The notes under the pieces are model-generated. The model saw nothing but the letters and a program-made list of their open reading frames with translations, was not told the DNA's origin and ran no database searches. A DNA stretch of 64,000 nt from Squalus acanthias (lineage: Eukaryota). Of this stretch, positions 60,801 to 64,000 are shown one piece after another; position 1 is the stretch's first letter; each line of letters opens with the position of its first letter. The translations under genes were made by a program, and so were the position numbers. Location: the NCBI GenBank assembly GCA_030390025.1, contig CM059432.1, positions 62,684,001 through 62,748,000 of the forward strand, given 5' to 3'.

Positions 60801-62042
60801 TTTTTAGAAAAATGTATATTTTTAAGCTCAAATAATTTACTTACATTTTTCCTCAACTTCTGGGGATCTAGCTGTCCATTTTGGAGGTGGGATCCAATTT
60901 GCCTCTAATTGGCTTAAGACTGACTCAATAAGCTAGTTTTCCAACCAATCAAATGTCAGCGTACACAGATTGACAGGGTCACATGGGATGATATCAACAT
61001 TTACTGAACTTTTAAGTGCCAAACTAAGGGTGATACCATTTGGTGAGTTATTTTGTTGGTGCTCCTGGTAGTGCAATTGTGGCCCATCAAGATAATTTGT
61101 TGGTAGCACCCTAAATTTAAAAGTTATAATTTAAGCTCATGTTTGGATAATGTTTGTAAATTATTTGAGCTTGGCCGCAGGCAGGATTGAGGGCTGAAGA
61201 GACCCAGGTTATAATGCCATCTGAATTATGCCCTTGTAACTTCCTTGCAGATTAGTATTCCACGAGGCTGCTGTGTAGCTCACTGTAGTATTCCATAGAC
61301 CTAAACTCTGGTGTGTTACTGCATTGCAATAAATATCAGAACACTATTCAAAGCTGCTGCTGAATATGTTTTGGCTTTAAGAAAGTTCTTATTTTAATCC
61401 CATTGTATGAATAAATCACAGTGATTTATGATTTATGTAATTTGTATTATTTGAAAAGGTCAGATCCAGTTTAAATTCATGTTATTTGAAGTTTTCAGTT
61501 TTTCTTTGACAGGTATGAACTGATCAGTGTTGGAATGCCTCAGGAATTTCTTCCCTGATGAAAGTAACTGTAACTTCACTTTGATTCTGTCAGTAATTTT
61601 ACTGAAGGTTGTAAACAAATCATCACTTCTAGTTGCAATGCAACTGAAATGGGAGGACCGATTTTAACGCTGCCCACCGGACCTCCCCCAGGATTGGACA
61701 TCCCCTGGGGTCAGTGATAGGACCTACCTGGTCCTGCGGCCTGCTCCCTGCCTGACTGGAAGCCAAACCTGTCAATCAGGTTGACTTCCGGGTGGGGAAC
61801 CTGCCAGGGTCAAAAGTTGCATGTGGAAAACCCGGACTTCCGGGTGTCTTGCCCGAAACTCTACCCCCCGCCTACGTAACCTACCCCTGTTAATATCCAG
61901 GCCATTGTGTAAAACATAATTTAAAATTGTTATTTTCTTGGATAGACTGCTTACCACCAGAGAGCCAAATTATTTCCTCTTGGTTTTCTTGTCCCCTTTG
62001 ACATCAACAATGTTGTTGACATCATTAAATAATTGATTTTTT

Positions 62043-62855
62043 GGGCTAGAAATTCGTTTCCTTAGAGCCACATGTTAGCGCCATGAAATGGGGTTAAAAC
62101 GCCGGCAGCTGCTCTTTCGCCAGCTGGTGGCGGGTCCCGCAGCAGCCACGGTTTTTGTCCCTCCCTTTGCACTGCCGGTAACTGTTATAGATGTTACTGA
62201 AATAGATGTTAAAAGTTTTTTGTGTGTAGGGAGTGCTGCAAGCCTCAGATGGTAAAGGAAGTCCTCGGAGAAGACAGAAAATGCTGCAAATACTCAACAG
62301 GTCAGGCAACATCCGTGGAGAGAGAAACAGAGTTCCTGTCTCACATCGAGATGCTGCCTGAGCTGCTGAGTATTTCCAGCATTTTATGCTGGCATTTCAG
62401 ATTTACAACATCCGCTCGCAGAGGGAAGATAAAGACACAGAAGAGGAAGAAGCTGAAAAGGAGGAAGCAGACAGAAGGATGCATCCCGGACAGCCCCTTT
62501 GTGGCCGGGATATCCGAGATGGAATCATCCACCTGCGGTACCAGTGACCACAACCCCAATTCCTCTTTCAACATTAGTTCTGAAAGCATTGCCCCTTTAA
62601 TTCATAGCCCCTTTAATTGCCCACAACGAACTCCACAGCCTCGCTCCCACAGGCTGTAAGAAGCAGCAACTTTGGGTCGGAGGCCTCCATTAACGCCACA
62701 AGGGGGGTGTTGCACGGTAAGTTAGCGCTGTGCTCCACATTGCCAACCTCCAGTGCCAATTTTTCAACATTAGCACTGTGACCATTTTCGGCGGCCGTTA
62801 ACTTGAGTTGCCGGTGACACCAGCAGTTGTGTTGGCGCGCACAAATTTCCCCCCC
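62043..62855. mobile_element. Decayed Harbinger-type MITE
   Basis: Ends GGGCTAGAAATT ... AATTTCCCCCCC with internal TTAGCGCC-like motifs; TSD not clear. Confidence 0.55.
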
Positions 62856-62883
62856 ATTGTGTCTAATCTGGCAGGTTTAATCT

Positions 62884-64000
62884 ACAACAACTACAACTTA
62901 CATTTATATAGGACGTTTAACATAGTAAAACGTCCCAAGGCGCTTCATAGGAGTGTTATCAAACAAAATTTGACACTGAGCCACATAAGGAGATATTAGG
63001 ACAGCTGACCAAAAGCTTGGTCAAAGAGGTAGGTTTTAAGGAGCGTCTTAAAGAAGGAAAGAGAGGTAGTGAGGCGAAGAGGTTTAGGGAGGGAATTCCA
63101 GAGCTTAGAGACTAGGCAGCTGAAGACACGGCCGCCAGTGGTGGAGCGATTATAATCAGGGATGCACAAGAGGTCAGAATTGAAGGAGCGCAGATATCTC
63201 GGAGGGTTGTGGGGCTGGAGGAGGTTACAGAGATAGGGAGGGGCGAGGCCATGGAGGGATTTGAAAACAAGAATGAGAATTTTAAAATCGATGCGTTGCT
63301 TAACTGGGAGCCAATGTAGGTCAGCGAGCACAGGGGTCATGGGTGTATGGGACTTGGTGTGAGTTAGGTTACGGGCAGCAGAGTTTTGGATGAACTCAAG
63401 TTTATGGAGGGTGTAAGATGGGAGGCTGGCCAAGAGAGGGTTGGAATAGTCAAGTCTAGAGGTAACAAAGGCATGGATGAGGGTTTCAGCAGCAGATTAG
63501 CTGATGCAGAGGTAGAATCAAACGATGTTACGGAGGTGGAAGTAGGTAGTCTTTGTGATGGAGTGGATATGTGGTCGGAAGATCATCTCGGGGTCAAATA
63601 CGACACCAAGGTTGTGAACCATCTGGTTCAGCTTCAGACAGTTGCCAGGGAGGGCGAGTTGGTAACTAGGGAAGGGAGCTGGTGTTGTCAGTCTACATGT
63701 GGAAACTGACGTTGTGATTTCGGATGATGTCGCCGAGTGGCAGCCTGTAGATCTAGATGAGAAATAGGAGGGGACCAAGGATAGATCCTTGGGGGTCTCC
63801 AGAGGTAACGGTGCAAGAGCAGGTGATTCTCTGGCTACGACTGGATAGATAAGAATGGAACCAGGCAAGGGCAGTCCCATCCAGCTGGATGATGGAGGAG
63901 AGGCGTTGGAGGAGGATATTGTGGTCAACTGTGTCAAAGGCTGCAGACAGGTCGAGAAGGATGAGGAGGGATAGTTTACCATGGTCACAGTCACATAGGA
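62884..64000 (-). mobile_element. L2 LINE fragment running off the window end
   Basis: ORF 62996..63433 IQNSAAR...TPVLADLHWLPVKQRIDFKIL...LWNSLP...LKTYLF; (gtt)n-like tail. Confidence 0.92.

Noticed and set aside
61513..61563. Strong acceptor followed by a possible donor
   Set aside because: Stop codons in all three frames; no other support.

Overview
Repeat-dense vertebrate genomic DNA, most likely elasmobranch (shark/ray): it carries HE1-type V-SINEs, a Deu-domain SINE, and many CR1, L2 and Penelope-like copies. One host gene is visible on the + strand as its last four coding exons (14003-14182, 28757-28850, 39058-39150, 45491-45709). They join with matching splice phases into the CBS1-CBS2 tail of a CLC-6/7-branch chloride transporter that looks too divergent to be clcn6 or clcn7. 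Only part of the last exon is in the ORF track. Within an intron of this gene lies an apparently intact 4142-bp PIF/Harbinger transposon (19811-23952), with TIRs, a 3-bp TSD, an uninterrupted 386-aa DDE transposase and a convergent three-exon 451-aa Myb/SANT-like gene. It is accompanied by related MITEs and several older Harbinger relics. Penelope-like copies carry minimal type I hammerhead motifs. A solo LTR (54796-58172) contains a young CR1 whose RT frame stays open downstream of the LTR TATA box. Repeat boundaries were read by eye and many are approximate. No database search was run.
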